The position numbers and the translations under genes were made by a program. A model generated the notes under the pieces. That model was not told the origin of the DNA, ran no database searches, and saw only the letters and a list, made by a program, of their open reading frames with translations. A stretch of 64,000 nt of DNA, taken from positions 1,536,001-1,600,000 of the forward strand of contig OZ242320.1 of assembly GCA_965208125.1 (NCBI GenBank). Reading direction: 5' to 3'. Origin of the DNA: Candidatus Latescibacterota bacterium (GTDB lineage: Bacteria > Latescibacterota > UBA2968). Numbering within the stretch: the stretch's first letter is position 1; the number at the start of each line of letters is the position of its first letter. Below, in pieces: positions 40,793-50,043 of this stretch.

Positions 40793-42331
40793 ATGAAGCG
40801 TTTGTATATCCCGCTTGTTGTTATTGCAAGCTGTCTATGGACCTGGGCGCACGCATCACAATCCAGATCTCTCCCCGACTTTGACGGAAATGGCGTTGTG
40901 GATCTTCCAGACTTCTTGCTATTTGTCGAACACTTCGGGACAAGTCGCGGTGATGAGACGTATGAAGACCGATTCGACCTGGATGGCGATGGCGCGATTG
41001 CATTTTCAGACTTTCTGATCTTTGCCAGCGACTTTGGCAAAACAGTGCCCCAGACGACGGACACGATAATAAAATTTCCGCTACGCGCCATTCATGCTGC
41101 GGGCAATTGGGGAGATACTGGCTATGTCGTAGATAGATGGGAAGCCGCTGGAAGGATCGGAACGCTCATACCTCTGGACTATATCCAATGGCTAAAGAGC
41201 CTGCATATAAACTGGATCGGCCTTTCCGTCGCGCTGCATTACAACGACAGCATGGACAGCACAGTCGAACGCGTGTACGCATCAAATGTAGATATTCCCA
41301 CTTTTTCAGATGAAGCACTCAGACAATTGATCCGAGAATTTAGAAATCACGGGATTGACGTATATCTAACCCTGGCATTCGAAGCCTATGAGGCAGAAAC
41401 CGCCGCACGCCCGGTACGCAGGTGGCAACTCGGAGACCCGGCACCTCCTCACACCGGCGGCGTTCCGCCTGATAATCCGAATGTCTATGGGTTGATACAA
41501 CCCCAACACTGGCCCTGGCGTCCAGATCACCCAGATCACCGGCGTTTTGTCGCCGAGTTCTGGGCAACCTATACGCAACAGGCGGTACATTTTGCCAGAA
41601 TAGCAGAGGCCGAAGGCGTGCGTTTATACTCATTGGGCACGGAGACCGACCGACTCTTTCGCACGCGCTCAGGAGGTTATATGACGAATGATTTTGGTCG
41701 AGAACTCAGATCAATGGTGGAAAGTGTGCGTGCCGTGTACAGTGGCTTGCTAACCTATGACATGCACTACGACGTACTCGCAGCATCCCACTTTTACGGA
41801 CCGGGATCGGGAGCCGGTCATCTATGGACAGACCTCGATCTCGACCTCATTGGAATCAGTGCGTGGTTTCCACTGACAGACTCGCGTCCGTCAACAGTAC
41901 TGAGCGTCGAAAGTTTCCAGACGCGTTACAGGCAGATATTCCAAAACCAGCTTATTCCGCTTGCGAACACAAATCCCGAACGACCCATTGTATTTACCGA
42001 ATACGGGGCTATGGATGTGGTTGAAACACCCGAACGGCCAGGTGATACATCAGCGCAAAACCGGCGATTCCTATTTACCGACTCGAACCGCAATGGACTG
42101 GATGACGGGCGAGAAACTCAGGCCAATATCTATAAGGCACTCATCAACACCCTGACTCAGTACCCCGGGATAGTAAATGGTGTCTTCTATTGGGATAATT
42201 GGATAACCAGCGACGAACGGTGGGCGAGATACTGGGCACGTCGCCGCAATTATGCCATCCGCGGCAAACTGTCCGAGGAAATTGTGCGATCGGCGTATGC
42301 GTCCTATGCTGAATCATCCAGGAACGACTAA
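40793..42331 (+). CDS. Secreted dockerin-like + TIM-barrel glycoside hydrolase (GH113-like)
   Basis: Signal peptide; DFDGNGVVD..DLDGDGAI; SLGTE, LIGISAWFPL, FTEYG (two candidate catalytic Glu). Confidence 0.7.
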   Translation: MKRLYIPLVVIASCLWTWAHASQSRSLPDFDGNGVVDLPDFLLFVEHFGTSRGDETYEDRFDLDGDGAIAFSDFLIFASDFGKTVPQTTDTIIKFPLRAIHAAGNWGDTGYVVDRWEAAGRIGTLIPLDYIQWLKSLHINWIGLSVALHYNDSMDSTVERVYASNVDIPTFSDEALRQLIREFRNHGIDVYLTLAFEAYEAETAARPVRRWQLGDPAPPHTGGVPPDNPNVYGLIQPQHWPWRPDHPDHRRFVAEFWATYTQQAVHFARIAEAEGVRLYSLGTETDRLFRTRSGGYMTNDFGRELRSMVESVRAVYSGLLTYDMHYDVLAASHFYGPGSGAGHLWTDLDLDLIGISAWFPLTDSRPSTVLSVESFQTRYRQIFQNQLIPLANTNPERPIVFTEYGAMDVVETPERPGDTSAQNRRFLFTDSNRNGLDDGRETQANIYKALINTLTQYPGIVNGVFYWDNWITSDERWARYWARRRNYAIRGKLSEEIVRSAYASYAESSRND

Positions 42332-42445
42332 CGATCTCAACATTGCAGAAGGCATGCGAATTGTGTAAATTTGGAAAGTGATCATGCATTAGGGAAAATG
42401 AACGGGTCAATTTTGGGCATCGCGATCAAAAAATGGCGGTTTAAG

Positions 42446-44065
42446 ATGCTGCGAAACTATGTTCTACTCGTGATGACATTCATAACATTTGGACAGGCAG
42501 ACGCGGGATTGCTACCAGAAACCCCCAGTCCTCAAGGTGGGGATCTCACCGGTTCCTGGGTAGCCAGGAAATTCGAACTGAACGCTTATGTCCCGGCTGC
42601 GCTCGTGGAAGCAGTAAAGCCTCTTACAGTTGAAGGCGAGATCAACGGCACACTGATTTTGGATTCAGATGGCAGTATTCAAGCGAACTACGAGACAGTA
42701 GCCAATGTCTCTGCGTTATTATGGGTTCTACTTACGGTCACTGTACACGATACGAGCCAATACACAGGCAATTACACCGTCATGTCCGATACACATGAGC
42801 TCATCATAACACGCGAAAATGAAGATCCACTCAATTATACGTACACGGCTACGGCGGATTCACTGCATATTATACGTCCGCTTCTTTTAGATGAATTATT
42901 GGCGTCATTACCCGAATCTGTAAGAGACCTGGCACTGAGTTCGCTTTCTCATCTCGTTCCGCCAGATGATCCTATCAGGTTCGTGATCAGTTTTGCAAAA
43001 TCGGCAGATATAGGGACATCGAGTGTGCTAACGGGTGATTTTAATGGGAATGGTGTGGTTAATATTTCCGATTTTTTACTGTTTGTAACTCACTTCGAGA
43101 CAAGTCGTGGCGATAGGACGTATAACGCCAGGTATGATCTGGACAGCAACGGCGTAATTGGATTCTCCGATTTTCTGATCTTTGTCAACAACTTTGGTAA
43201 AGAGGCATCTTCCCCTGGCGGTGTTGCAACGATCGTTGCCATTCCGGATGAGAATCTGCTCGCTGTTATCGAGAATAGTCTCGACAAGGCGGAGGGTACT
43301 CCGATCACCAGAGGTGACATGGTGGCCTTAACGAACCTTGAGGCACCAAACAATAATATTCGCGATCTAACCGGACTTGAGTTTGCAATTAACCTGACAA
43401 AGCTGTCTCTTTACAACAACAGCATATCGGACATCACACCCCTTTCAAGATTGAACAGTCTGGAATGGCTGGTTCTTTCCAGCAACAGCATATCGGACAT
43501 CACACCCCTTCTGGGATTGAACAGTCTGGAATGGCTGTATCTTTCCAACAACAGCGTATCGAACATCACACCCCTTTCAAGATTGAACAATCTGGAATGG
43601 CTGTTTCTCGAAAGCAACAGCATATCGGACATCACACCCCTTTCAGGATTCAACAATCTGGAAGGACTGTATCTTTACAACAACAGCATATCGGACATCA
43701 CATCCCTTTCGGGATTGAACAGTCTAAGATTGCTGGATCTTGAAAACAACAGCATATCGGACATCACATCCCTTTCAGGATTGAACAGTCTGGAAAGGCT
43801 ATCTCTTCACAGCAACAGCATATCGGACCTCGCGCCCCTGGTCGCAAATACGGGATTGGGTAGTGGGGATTGGGTTTATGTGAGAAATAACCCGTTAAAT
43901 GCTACATCAATCAACACGCACATTCCAGCACTTCAGAGCAGAGGGATTAATGTGAGCTTTGGCGCGTCGAAGCCCGCGGCAGGTGAGCAAGAACGAGACA
44001 TATTCCGTTCCTTTAGGGAGGAACTGGGGAGAGGCCCCTCTCCACCACCGGCAACATCACCCTGA
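42446..44065 (+). CDS. Secreted protein with dockerin-like module and internalin-type LRRs
   Basis: DFNGNGVVN..DLDSNGVI; IPDENL cap; 22-aa NSISDITPLSxLNSLEWLxL repeats. Confidence 0.85.
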   Translation: MLRNYVLLVMTFITFGQADAGLLPETPSPQGGDLTGSWVARKFELNAYVPAALVEAVKPLTVEGEINGTLILDSDGSIQANYETVANVSALLWVLLTVTVHDTSQYTGNYTVMSDTHELIITRENEDPLNYTYTATADSLHIIRPLLLDELLASLPESVRDLALSSLSHLVPPDDPIRFVISFAKSADIGTSSVLTGDFNGNGVVNISDFLLFVTHFETSRGDRTYNARYDLDSNGVIGFSDFLIFVNNFGKEASSPGGVATIVAIPDENLLAVIENSLDKAEGTPITRGDMVALTNLEAPNNNIRDLTGLEFAINLTKLSLYNNSISDITPLSRLNSLEWLVLSSNSISDITPLLGLNSLEWLYLSNNSVSNITPLSRLNNLEWLFLESNSISDITPLSGFNNLEGLYLYNNSISDITSLSGLNSLRLLDLENNSISDITSLSGLNSLERLSLHSNSISDLAPLVANTGLGSGDWVYVRNNPLNATSINTHIPALQSRGINVSFGASKPAAGEQERDIFRSFREELGRGPSPPPATSP

Positions 44066-47000
44066 ACGTCGTGCCCACGCCCTGCTCGCTCTCCACCGCG
44101 ATCTCCCCATCGTGATTGCGAACAATGGCATAAATAATCGACAACCCCAAACCCGTACCCCGGTCTGCATCCTTAGTCGTAAAAAAAGGCTCAAAAAGAC
44201 GCTGCCGGATCGCCTCATCCATTCCAACCCCATTATCCTCCACCTCGACAACAACCGCATCGTCCTCACCCCGCGTTCTGATCCAGACCTGCTTATCATA
44301 CCCCGCCCCCTCCATCTCCGCCCGCTCATCCACTGCATCCCGGGCATTAGACAGCAAATTGAGAACCACCTGCTCAAGAGGATGCGGATGTCCCCAGACC
44401 TCTGGGAGCGCGTCAGAAAGATCCAGCCAGAGATCAATCCCGTGCCTTTCAAGCTGCGAACCCATCAACTTCAGACTGCTCTGTATCACCTCATTCACAA
44501 CCATCGCCTGGCGTGGCTCCTCGGACACATCGCGCGAAAACACACGCAAATGATCGACAGTACCTGCCATCCGACCAACCACACCCCGAACATCCTCCAT
44601 CATCTCCCTCAACTCGTCCGTCTCAAGTGGCATACCCTCCATCAGCCGCAGGGAAATATCTCCAGCAGTTGTCTCAACGGCGGTCAGCGGCTGGTTGAGC
44701 TCGTGTGCCACACCCGCAACCATCTGCCCCAGCGACACCAGACGTGCGGACTGCAAAAGCTGCGTCTCATTAGCAGCTGCAAGATCTTCATTCGCCTTCC
44801 GCAATTTCCGATCCCGAACAATAATCCGCGAAATCAGATAACCCGTAAGAATCACAAACCCCAGGATCAACCCGATAAACCACAGACGGCGCCACACCAG
44901 CGGAACAACATTGAACGACATCGCAGACGGTATGGGATCTTCATTAAACGCCAGATCGCGCGCTTTAACCTCCAGCGTATGCGTCCCCACATCCAGACCC
45001 TCAAAGGATAGGACCGTATCCCCGCCATAAGGCGACCACGCCCCACCATTCAAACGGTGGGCGTATTGCAGATCTTCGCGCAATGTACTTCGCCAGGCGT
45101 CTATCCCTGTCCACGCGAAAGTTATCTTTTCACCTTCAGAGACTTCATCCTGAACAATAGTCATCACGGTTTCAGGTGGATCTGTCTCTGGCACATATCG
45201 AATCGTACGCAGCGTACAGGACGCCACAACGCCCTCGGATTCTGACCGTTTGTGCCAGGCGCCTGTATCAGATACAAAATTGAGCCAGAGTGCTCCGTCT
45301 CCAGACTGGAGAATCGGATCATGGAACTCTGTGTGCGGAAGTCCGGAAGGTAAAGCCTGTGGCAACCATGCGCGCCCATCAAACCGGCTAACACCCCCTG
45401 CCGTCCCCACCCAGATCGCGCCATCCCGATCCTGAAAAATACTTCGCACCTCATTATCCGCCAGCCCATCGCCATAATCGAACTGCTGCCACGCCGTCCC
45501 ATCATACCGAAACACCCCATAAATTCGGGACCCCAACCACAGGTCCCCCTGAGTATAAACAGCATCAATAAAACCTCTGGTCAACTCCTCTGGTCCAGTA
45601 AATTGTACCTCTCGCACCCCATCAAAACCGAACAGCCTTCCGCCAAACCACAAAATCCCATCAGAACTCTGCCCGATCCCATAAGCATAACGCGTCATCT
45701 CCGGAGGAGTATAATGTGTCCATCTCACCCCATCAAAAACCACCACCCCACCGAGAAAGCCATCATATAACCACCAATCCACCGCCGCGGCAAACCACAG
45801 AGAACCGTCAAAAGCCTCATAAACCGCACGCGGATCAACACCCCAGGAAAGCTGGGGATGGCGATCCATAACCCATTCAGAACCATTCAACCGCGCTGTA
45901 GCGGCGACATACTCATGGCTACCCGCAGCCCACAACGCACCCTCTCGCGTCACAATCAACTTACCCGGCATATCCATCAAGCCATCCGCCACACCAAACC
46001 GCGTCCATCCCTGCGCATCACGACGCACAACACCGTTATCCTGCGAGATAAACCATTGCGCCCCATCGGGCGTATCGCACTGAAAAATGAGACCCTCATA
46101 AGTCTGCCAGTGCTTCCCACTCAAATCCAGACGCGCAGCTTCCTGTCCGCGGCCTATAATCCAGAGCGCGCCATCCGCCGCCTCGAAAAGTTCCATACGG
46201 TGCGACGGCAACGACACAACATCTTTCGAATCATAAACGCGCCACACACCATCCCTATAAGCAATCAAGCGACTACCACCAATCCAGAGCGTCCCATCCC
46301 GACTTTCTATGATAGACGTATAATGATGGTCGAGATCACCAACTTCAAGCACCTCCCACTTCTCGCCGTCAAACCGGTTGACACTTTTACTCTTATCGCC
46401 ATACACCACCCAAACGATACCGTCCTCTGTCACACACATCCTCGGATACACACCCTGATCGATCCCATCATCCCCACTAAAACGCTGATAACCCGATGCA
46501 AAATCAAAACGAATCAGATCGCCATCGTGCGTCCCAAACCAGATCGCCCCATTGGACCCTTCACACACATCATAAACCATCAACCTCCGATTGTCCAAAA
46601 CGCGATCTGGAACCACAACAAAAGTCACCGCATCGGATACCATCTCCCGAACACCTGTCGTATCCTCCGCAGCCACATACAACCTTACCCCATCTGGCGT
46701 CAACCTGAGCGCACCCCATTCCGTACCCACCCACAAACTCCCATCCTGTGCCTCCATCAAATCATAGGTATTCCATTCTCCCTCAGATGGAAATACCCAT
46801 TCCCACGCCCCATTCTCAAAACGACTAATACCCCGATCAGACCCCACATAAACACCGCCATCCCGGGCGACATAAAGCGCGTTGATCCGCGCCCCAACCA
46901 TCCCCTCATCAAACGGAAAGAGATGCCAACTTATCCCATCGTAGCGATAAATACCATCATCCGTCCCAAATAAAAAACTACCATCCCCATCCTCCACCAA

Positions 47001-47156
47001 ACACGACACGCCTTGCCCCTTCAACTCTGGAAAAGATCGCCAGCGCCAGGACTCATGCACAGGATCTGGATGACGAGGCGTAAAAGGCGTCGCCGCGAAA
47101 CACACACTCGCGCCCACAAGCATCAGAAGCATCAGACATTTTGTGCATTCAATCAT
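44013..47156 (-). CDS. Membrane sensor histidine kinase with beta-propeller and Y_Y_Y-like periplasmic region
   Basis: Signal peptide, propeller repeats, TM helix, AHELNQPL, NLLSNA, DNGVG, FFTTK, GTGLGL. Confidence 0.93.
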   Translation of the reverse strand: MIECTKCLMLLMLVGASVCFAATPFTPRHPDPVHESWRWRSFPELKGQGVSCLVEDGDGSFLFGTDDGIYRYDGISWHLFPFDEGMVGARINALYVARDGGVYVGSDRGISRFENGAWEWVFPSEGEWNTYDLMEAQDGSLWVGTEWGALRLTPDGVRLYVAAEDTTGVREMVSDAVTFVVVPDRVLDNRRLMVYDVCEGSNGAIWFGTHDGDLIRFDFASGYQRFSGDDGIDQGVYPRMCVTEDGIVWVVYGDKSKSVNRFDGEKWEVLEVGDLDHHYTSIIESRDGTLWIGGSRLIAYRDGVWRVYDSKDVVSLPSHRMELFEAADGALWIIGRGQEAARLDLSGKHWQTYEGLIFQCDTPDGAQWFISQDNGVVRRDAQGWTRFGVADGLMDMPGKLIVTREGALWAAGSHEYVAATARLNGSEWVMDRHPQLSWGVDPRAVYEAFDGSLWFAAAVDWWLYDGFLGGVVVFDGVRWTHYTPPEMTRYAYGIGQSSDGILWFGGRLFGFDGVREVQFTGPEELTRGFIDAVYTQGDLWLGSRIYGVFRYDGTAWQQFDYGDGLADNEVRSIFQDRDGAIWVGTAGGVSRFDGRAWLPQALPSGLPHTEFHDPILQSGDGALWLNFVSDTGAWHKRSESEGVVASCTLRTIRYVPETDPPETVMTIVQDEVSEGEKITFAWTGIDAWRSTLREDLQYAHRLNGGAWSPYGGDTVLSFEGLDVGTHTLEVKARDLAFNEDPIPSAMSFNVVPLVWRRLWFIGLILGFVILTGYLISRIIVRDRKLRKANEDLAAANETQLLQSARLVSLGQMVAGVAHELNQPLTAVETTAGDISLRLMEGMPLETDELREMMEDVRGVVGRMAGTVDHLRVFSRDVSEEPRQAMVVNEVIQSSLKLMGSQLERHGIDLWLDLSDALPEVWGHPHPLEQVVLNLLSNARDAVDERAEMEGAGYDKQVWIRTRGEDDAVVVEVEDNGVGMDEAIRQRLFEPFFTTKDADRGTGLGLSIIYAIVRNHDGEIAVESEQGVGTTFRVMLPVVERGLSPVPP

Positions 47157-47170
47157 ACTCAATCCATCCA

Positions 47171-47210
47171 TAAAAAAAGCGGCACTGGCGATAAATATCA
47201 CCAGCACCGC
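47171..47210 (-). terminator. Rho-independent terminator downstream of the Calx-beta gene
   Basis: GCGGTGCTGGTGAT-ATTT-ATCGCCAGTGCCGC followed by T7 on the minus strand. Confidence 0.8.
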
Positions 47211-47397
47211 TATACACTGTCAGCGACTCATCGTGCTCCATGCATGTAATGGGTTTCCTGTACTTAAGCATTTGCCAACGACAAGTCTGTTGACTATACC
47301 CTGATTGGACATGGCAGTGTTGCCCAGCGCTTCAAAGTTCAGCGAGCGCGGTGAGACCTCCTCTCGGCTCCCAGATACCGTTGGTAGCGGTAGATCA

Positions 47398-49698
47398 TCA
47401 ATCGTTGTCCTCAACAGTCACGCTCGCCGAGAATGGACTACCCAATAAATTGTCATCACTGTCTTTCCATTGCGCGGTCAGGGTGACCACACTATCAGGC
47501 TCATCTACATCATCATCTATGGTCTTGATCGTAAGCGTGGTGGCGTTCTGAGTTCCACTAACCAGCACTTCGCCGCTCATGACATCGCCAGATTCGTCGA
47601 TACCTATACTTAGATTTCCCTGGGGTAAAGTAATCGTACTCGGGGAAATAATCGTAAAGGTCACATCCGTCCCTTCCGTCACAGGGGTAGTACCGGCAGA
47701 AATTGTCGTCTCTGAGAGATCGTTGTCTTGAACCGTCACACTCGCAGAAGAAGAACTACCCACTGCATAACCCGTACCAGCCTCCACTTCCGCAGTCACG
47801 CTGCTATTGATCTCACCTACATTATCATCGTCCGTATTGACCGTCAGCGTGGCAGTGGATTCGTTGGCGTTGATGGTCACCGATGAGGGTGCTGCCCCAC
47901 TGATCACAGCGCCATCCTCGGTCACGCTCACACTCACGGTTATTGCTGTTGTCGGAGCAGGGGATGCTGTAATCGTGAACGTCGCTGCCGTGCCCTCAGT
48001 CACAGGGGTAGTACCGGCAGAGATCGTCACTTGTGGGTGTTCGTTGTCGCTCACGGTCACACTCGCAGAAGAAGAACTACCCACATTATAACCTGTGCCA
48101 GTCGCCACTTGCGCGGTCACGATGCTATTGTTCTCACCTACATTATCATCGTCCGTATTAACCGTCAGCGTAGCAGTGGTCGCGTTGGCGTTGATGGTCA
48201 CCGATGAAGGTGCTGTACCACTGATCACAGCGCCATCCTCACTGACGCTCACATTCACTGTCAATGGGGAGGCTGGCGCAGGGGAAGCCGTGATTGTGAA
48301 CGTCGCTGCCGTACCCTCGGTCACAGGAGTAGTACCCGCAGAGATCGTCACTTGTGGGTGTTCGTTGTCGCTCACGGTCACACTCGCAGAGGAAGGACTA
48401 CCCACGGTATAACCTGTTCCGGTCTGCACTTCCGCCGTCACGATGCTATTGTTCTCACCTACATTATCATTATCCGTATTGACCCTCAGCGTGGCTGCGG
48501 ACTCGTTGGCGTCGATGGTCACCGATGAGGGTGCTGCCCCACTGATCACATCGCCATCCTCACTGACGTTCACATTCACCGTCAATGGGGAAGCTGACCG
48601 AGGGAACGCCGCGATTACAAAAACCGCTACCCTACCCTCAGTCACAGGTCCGCTAAGAGCTCGGATCGTCACCCTTGGGAGATCGTTATCCTCAACCGTC
48701 ACACTCGCAGAAGATGAACTGCCCACGGTATAACCTGTTCCGGTCTGCACTTCCGCCGTCACCACACTGTTAGACTCATCTGTCTTATCATTATCCGTAT
48801 TAACCGTCAGCGTAGCAGTGGACTCGTTGGCGTTGATGGTCACCGATGAGGGTGCTGTCCCACTGATCACATCGCCATCCTCGGTCACGCTCACACTCAC
48901 GGTTATTGCTGAGGTTGGCGCAGAGGATGCTGTGATCGTGAACGTCGCTGCCGTACCCTCCGTCACAGGGGTAGTACCCGCAGAGATCGTCACCTGTGGG
49001 GTCACCTGCTGTTGTCCGGTCGGCGGTGGGGGCGCAGGATCGTCATTATCCTCAACCGTCACACTCGCAGAGGAGGAACTGCCCACTGTATAGCCTGTCC
49101 CACTCTCCACTTCCGCTGTCACCACACTATTAGACTCATCTGCATCATCATCGTCCGTATTGACCGTCAGCGTAGCAGTGGACTCGTTGGCGTCGATGGT
49201 CACTGTCGAAGACGGCGTCCCACTGATCACATCGCCATCCTCGGTCACGCTCACACTCACGGTTATTGCTGAGGTCGGCGCAGAGGATGCCGTAATTGTA
49301 AACGTCGCTGACGTACCTTCCGTCACAGGTGAAGTACCCGCTGAAATTGTCACCTGTGGGGTCTCCTGTGGGGTCTCCTGCTGTTGCGAGGGCGAATCGT
49401 CGATGTTCACTGTCTTGCCCCAATTGGAAATCAAGATCCTGAGATCCAATTGGTTGATGACCCCATCGCCGTGCAGATCCAACTCCTCCTGCCAATTTGG
49501 TCCACCTGCTCGCGTTCCCCAATTGGAGATAAGGAGTCTTAAGTCCAATTCATCGACAATCCCATCGTCGTTAAAGTCCGAAGATGGCGGACTACTATCC
49601 TGTGAAAAAAGCGACAAAGGAGCAATCAAGAGCAGAAGGCTCAGAAAACTGGCGATACGGAGCGTGAAGTTGGGATACGAATTACGACTAATCATCAT
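47398..49698 (-). CDS. Secreted adhesin-like protein: dockerin-like module + six Calx-beta-like repeats
   Basis: GGAG RBS before ATG 49698; signal peptide; DFNDDGIVD..DLHGDGVI; ~107-aa VTISAGTTPVTEG...TDDD...ASVTVEDND repeats. Confidence 0.85.
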   Translation of the reverse strand: MMISRNSYPNFTLRIASFLSLLLLIAPLSLFSQDSSPPSSDFNDDGIVDELDLRLLISNWGTRAGGPNWQEELDLHGDGVINQLDLRILISNWGKTVNIDDSPSQQQETPQETPQVTISAGTSPVTEGTSATFTITASSAPTSAITVSVSVTEDGDVISGTPSSTVTIDANESTATLTVNTDDDDADESNSVVTAEVESGTGYTVGSSSSASVTVEDNDDPAPPPPTGQQQVTPQVTISAGTTPVTEGTAATFTITASSAPTSAITVSVSVTEDGDVISGTAPSSVTINANESTATLTVNTDNDKTDESNSVVTAEVQTGTGYTVGSSSSASVTVEDNDLPRVTIRALSGPVTEGRVAVFVIAAFPRSASPLTVNVNVSEDGDVISGAAPSSVTIDANESAATLRVNTDNDNVGENNSIVTAEVQTGTGYTVGSPSSASVTVSDNEHPQVTISAGTTPVTEGTAATFTITASPAPASPLTVNVSVSEDGAVISGTAPSSVTINANATTATLTVNTDDDNVGENNSIVTAQVATGTGYNVGSSSSASVTVSDNEHPQVTISAGTTPVTEGTAATFTITASPAPTTAITVSVSVTEDGAVISGAAPSSVTINANESTATLTVNTDDDNVGEINSSVTAEVEAGTGYAVGSSSSASVTVQDNDLSETTISAGTTPVTEGTDVTFTIISPSTITLPQGNLSIGIDESGDVMSGEVLVSGTQNATTLTIKTIDDDVDEPDSVVTLTAQWKDSDDNLLGSPFSASVTVEDND

Positions 49699-49772
49699 TT
49701 TTCTCCATAGACATATATGCAAACGTTCTCAGTTAGGGTGAAAGATCGACGGCAAATAAGCCGAGAATTAAC

Positions 49773-49806
49773 TCAATAACACCTAATTATACTTATACGG
49801 ATATAA
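49773..49806 (-). other. loxP-like recombination site A (inverted copy)
   Basis: Minus strand TTATATCCGTATA-AGTATAAT-TAGGTGTTATTGA; 49784-49801 is the exact reverse complement of 49927-49944. Confidence 0.7.
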
Positions 49807-49913
49807 GTTGCTTCGGCTATACTGAGAAGCAGATCAACCTTTTGCTTTGTTCTTTTTTAACGCTTAAATGGTTTCGTTTGTTGCGCGGTCACTGCCTCGC
49901 TAAACGTTTGTAT

Positions 49914-49942
49914 TTGACAAAATAATTCCGTATAAGTATAAT
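49914..49942 (+). promoter_or_regulatory. Perfect sigma70 promoter: -35 inside the putative invertible segment, -10 in the site spacer
   Basis: TTGACA (49914-19), N17, TATAAT (49937-42). Confidence 0.88.
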
Positions 49943-49955
49943 TATATGGATTAAA
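49922..49955 (+). other. loxP-like recombination site B
   Basis: ATAATTCCGTATA-AGTATAAT-TATATGGATTAAA; 13-8-13 layout; left arm matches loxP ATAACTTCGTATA at 11/13. Confidence 0.75.
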
Positions 49956-50043
49956 ATATCAGATTACCGAGCACAAAGCCGACAGCTTAACCCTCCGTAT
50001 AACCTGACAGTTAGCCACAGTCGAGCAGCTCAGGAGCGACTCT

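Noticed and set aside
49869-49884. Possible sigma54 promoter TGGTTTCGTTTGTTGC inside the invertible segment
   Set aside because: GG-to-GC spacing is 11 rather than the required 10.
49924-49951. Site B read as the chromosomal dif (XerCD) site, 11-6-11
   Set aside because: The left arm resembles XerC arms, but the right arm departs from the highly conserved TTATGTTAAAT. There is also an inverted second copy and an adjacent Cre-like gene, so a cognate lox-like site fits better. Not fully excluded.
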